From Methylophaga frappieri (GTDB taxonomy: Bacteria > Pseudomonadota > Gammaproteobacteria > Nitrosococcales > Methylophagaceae): a stretch of DNA of 32,000 bases. The DNA lies in contig NC_017856.1 in NCBI RefSeq assembly GCF_000260965.1, positions 1 through 32,000 on the forward strand, given 5' to 3'. This document shows, piece after piece, positions 31,469 through 32,000 of this stretch; the stretch's first letter is position 1; the number at the start of each line of letters is the position of its first letter. Position numbers and translations under genes: made by a program. The notes under the pieces were generated by a model. That model was given only the letters and a program-made list of their open reading frames with translations. It was not told where the DNA came from and did not search any database.

Positions 31469-32000
31469 ATGCGCATCCTATTGGTTGAAGATGAAACGAT
31501 TCTGCGAGAAAAAACAGCGCAGCGATTGCGTGCTCAGAATCTCACTGTTGATGCGATTTCAGATGGTCAAGAAGGGTTATATATGGCGTCTGAATATCCC
31601 TATGATGTAGCCATCATCGATTTAGGATTACCTAAGCTATCCGGTATTGAGCTTATTCAACAACTTCGTCAGCAGCAAATTAAGTTTCCAGTCTTAATTT
31701 TGACTGCTCGAGGCCGCTGGCAAGATAAGGTTAGTGGCCTTGAAGCGGGTGCAGACGATTATTTAGTAAAGCCATTCCATTTTGAGGAATTGCTCGCCAG
31801 ATTAAATGCGTTGGCGCGCCGTGCTTCTGGTTGGGCGAATGCAATTATGCGTTGTGGACCCATTGAGCTCAATCCCTCAACACAACAAGTGATGCGAGAA
31901 CATATCCCTATAGACCTTACTGCTTATGAATATCGACTTTTACATTATTTGATGTTGCATGCCGGAGAAGTTATCTCCAAAACAGAGCTAACGGATCACA
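31469..32000 (+). CDS. OmpR/PhoB-family response regulator, PhoP-like (3' end truncated by window)
   Basis: This ORF is not in the ORF track because it has no stop in the window. I translated MRILLVEDETILREK...DVAIIDLGLPKLSG...LILTARGRWQDKVSGLEAGADDYLVKPFHFEELLARLNALARR, then the start of a winged-helix domain (LTAYEYRLLHYLMLHAGEVISK). GAGGG lies 4 nt upstream of the ATG. Confidence 0.9.
   Translation, partial: MRILLVEDETILREKTAQRLRAQNLTVDAISDGQEGLYMASEYPYDVAIIDLGLPKLSGIELIQQLRQQQIKFPVLILTARGRWQDKVSGLEAGADDYLVKPFHFEELLARLNALARRASGWANAIMRCGPIELNPSTQQVMREHIPIDLTAYEYRLLHYLMLHAGEVISKTELTDH

Noticed and set aside
1-32000. A scan for CRISPR arrays, tandem repeats, REP-like dispersed elements and rRNA, tRNA, tmRNA or RNase P genes.
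   Set aside because: The noncoding spacers are all 190 nt or shorter and contain no regularly spaced repeats or cloverleaf-compatible sequence. Only isolated hairpins were found, and these are reported separately.

Overview
This is a dense, almost gap-free chromosomal segment with about 33 protein-coding genes. I found no rRNA or tRNA genes, no CRISPR array, no transposase or integrase, and no long repeats. The gene content looks like gammaproteobacterial core genome with a methylotroph flavour, because it includes a formaldehyde-activating-enzyme (Fae) homologue; taxon assignment needs a database search I cannot run.

Genes I recognise with confidence:
- yoaA/dinG-type Fe-S helicase
- rapA
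- ppk1
- rlmKL
- yhbY
- hrpA
- an M18 aminopeptidase
- yigZ
- ycgN
- a group II truncated haemoglobin
- the lapD-lapG c-di-GMP/protease pair
- a TolC-family outer membrane protein
- an AEC transporter
- a nitroreductase
- a class I c-type cytochrome, a PepSY protein and a 3'-truncated PhoP-like response regulator

Genes are packed tightly. Several same-strand pairs share ATGA or TAATG stop/start overlaps, and four convergent pairs overlap at their 3' ends. Only two convincing intrinsic terminators are visible.

Candidates for an undescribed system, in my order of interest:
1. A terminator-bounded, translationally coupled unit (5088->1139, minus strand). It encodes an unknown 173-aa protein, LemA, a two-TM GIDE-domain protein carrying a near-canonical EF-hand Ca2+ loop, and the YoaA helicase.
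2. An orphan ParA/MinD-type ATPase fused by a TAATG overlap to the end of ppk1. This may be a polyphosphate-granule positioning factor.
3. A minus-strand trio: ycgN, an HTH plus divergent HGG-type zinc-ribbon protein, and a stand-alone DUF4388/PATAN-like protein with a duplicated R[VI]YRGQ tail.
4. A monocistronic, divergent Fae paralogue.

All functional interpretations of these are inference from motifs and gene order. No searches were run.
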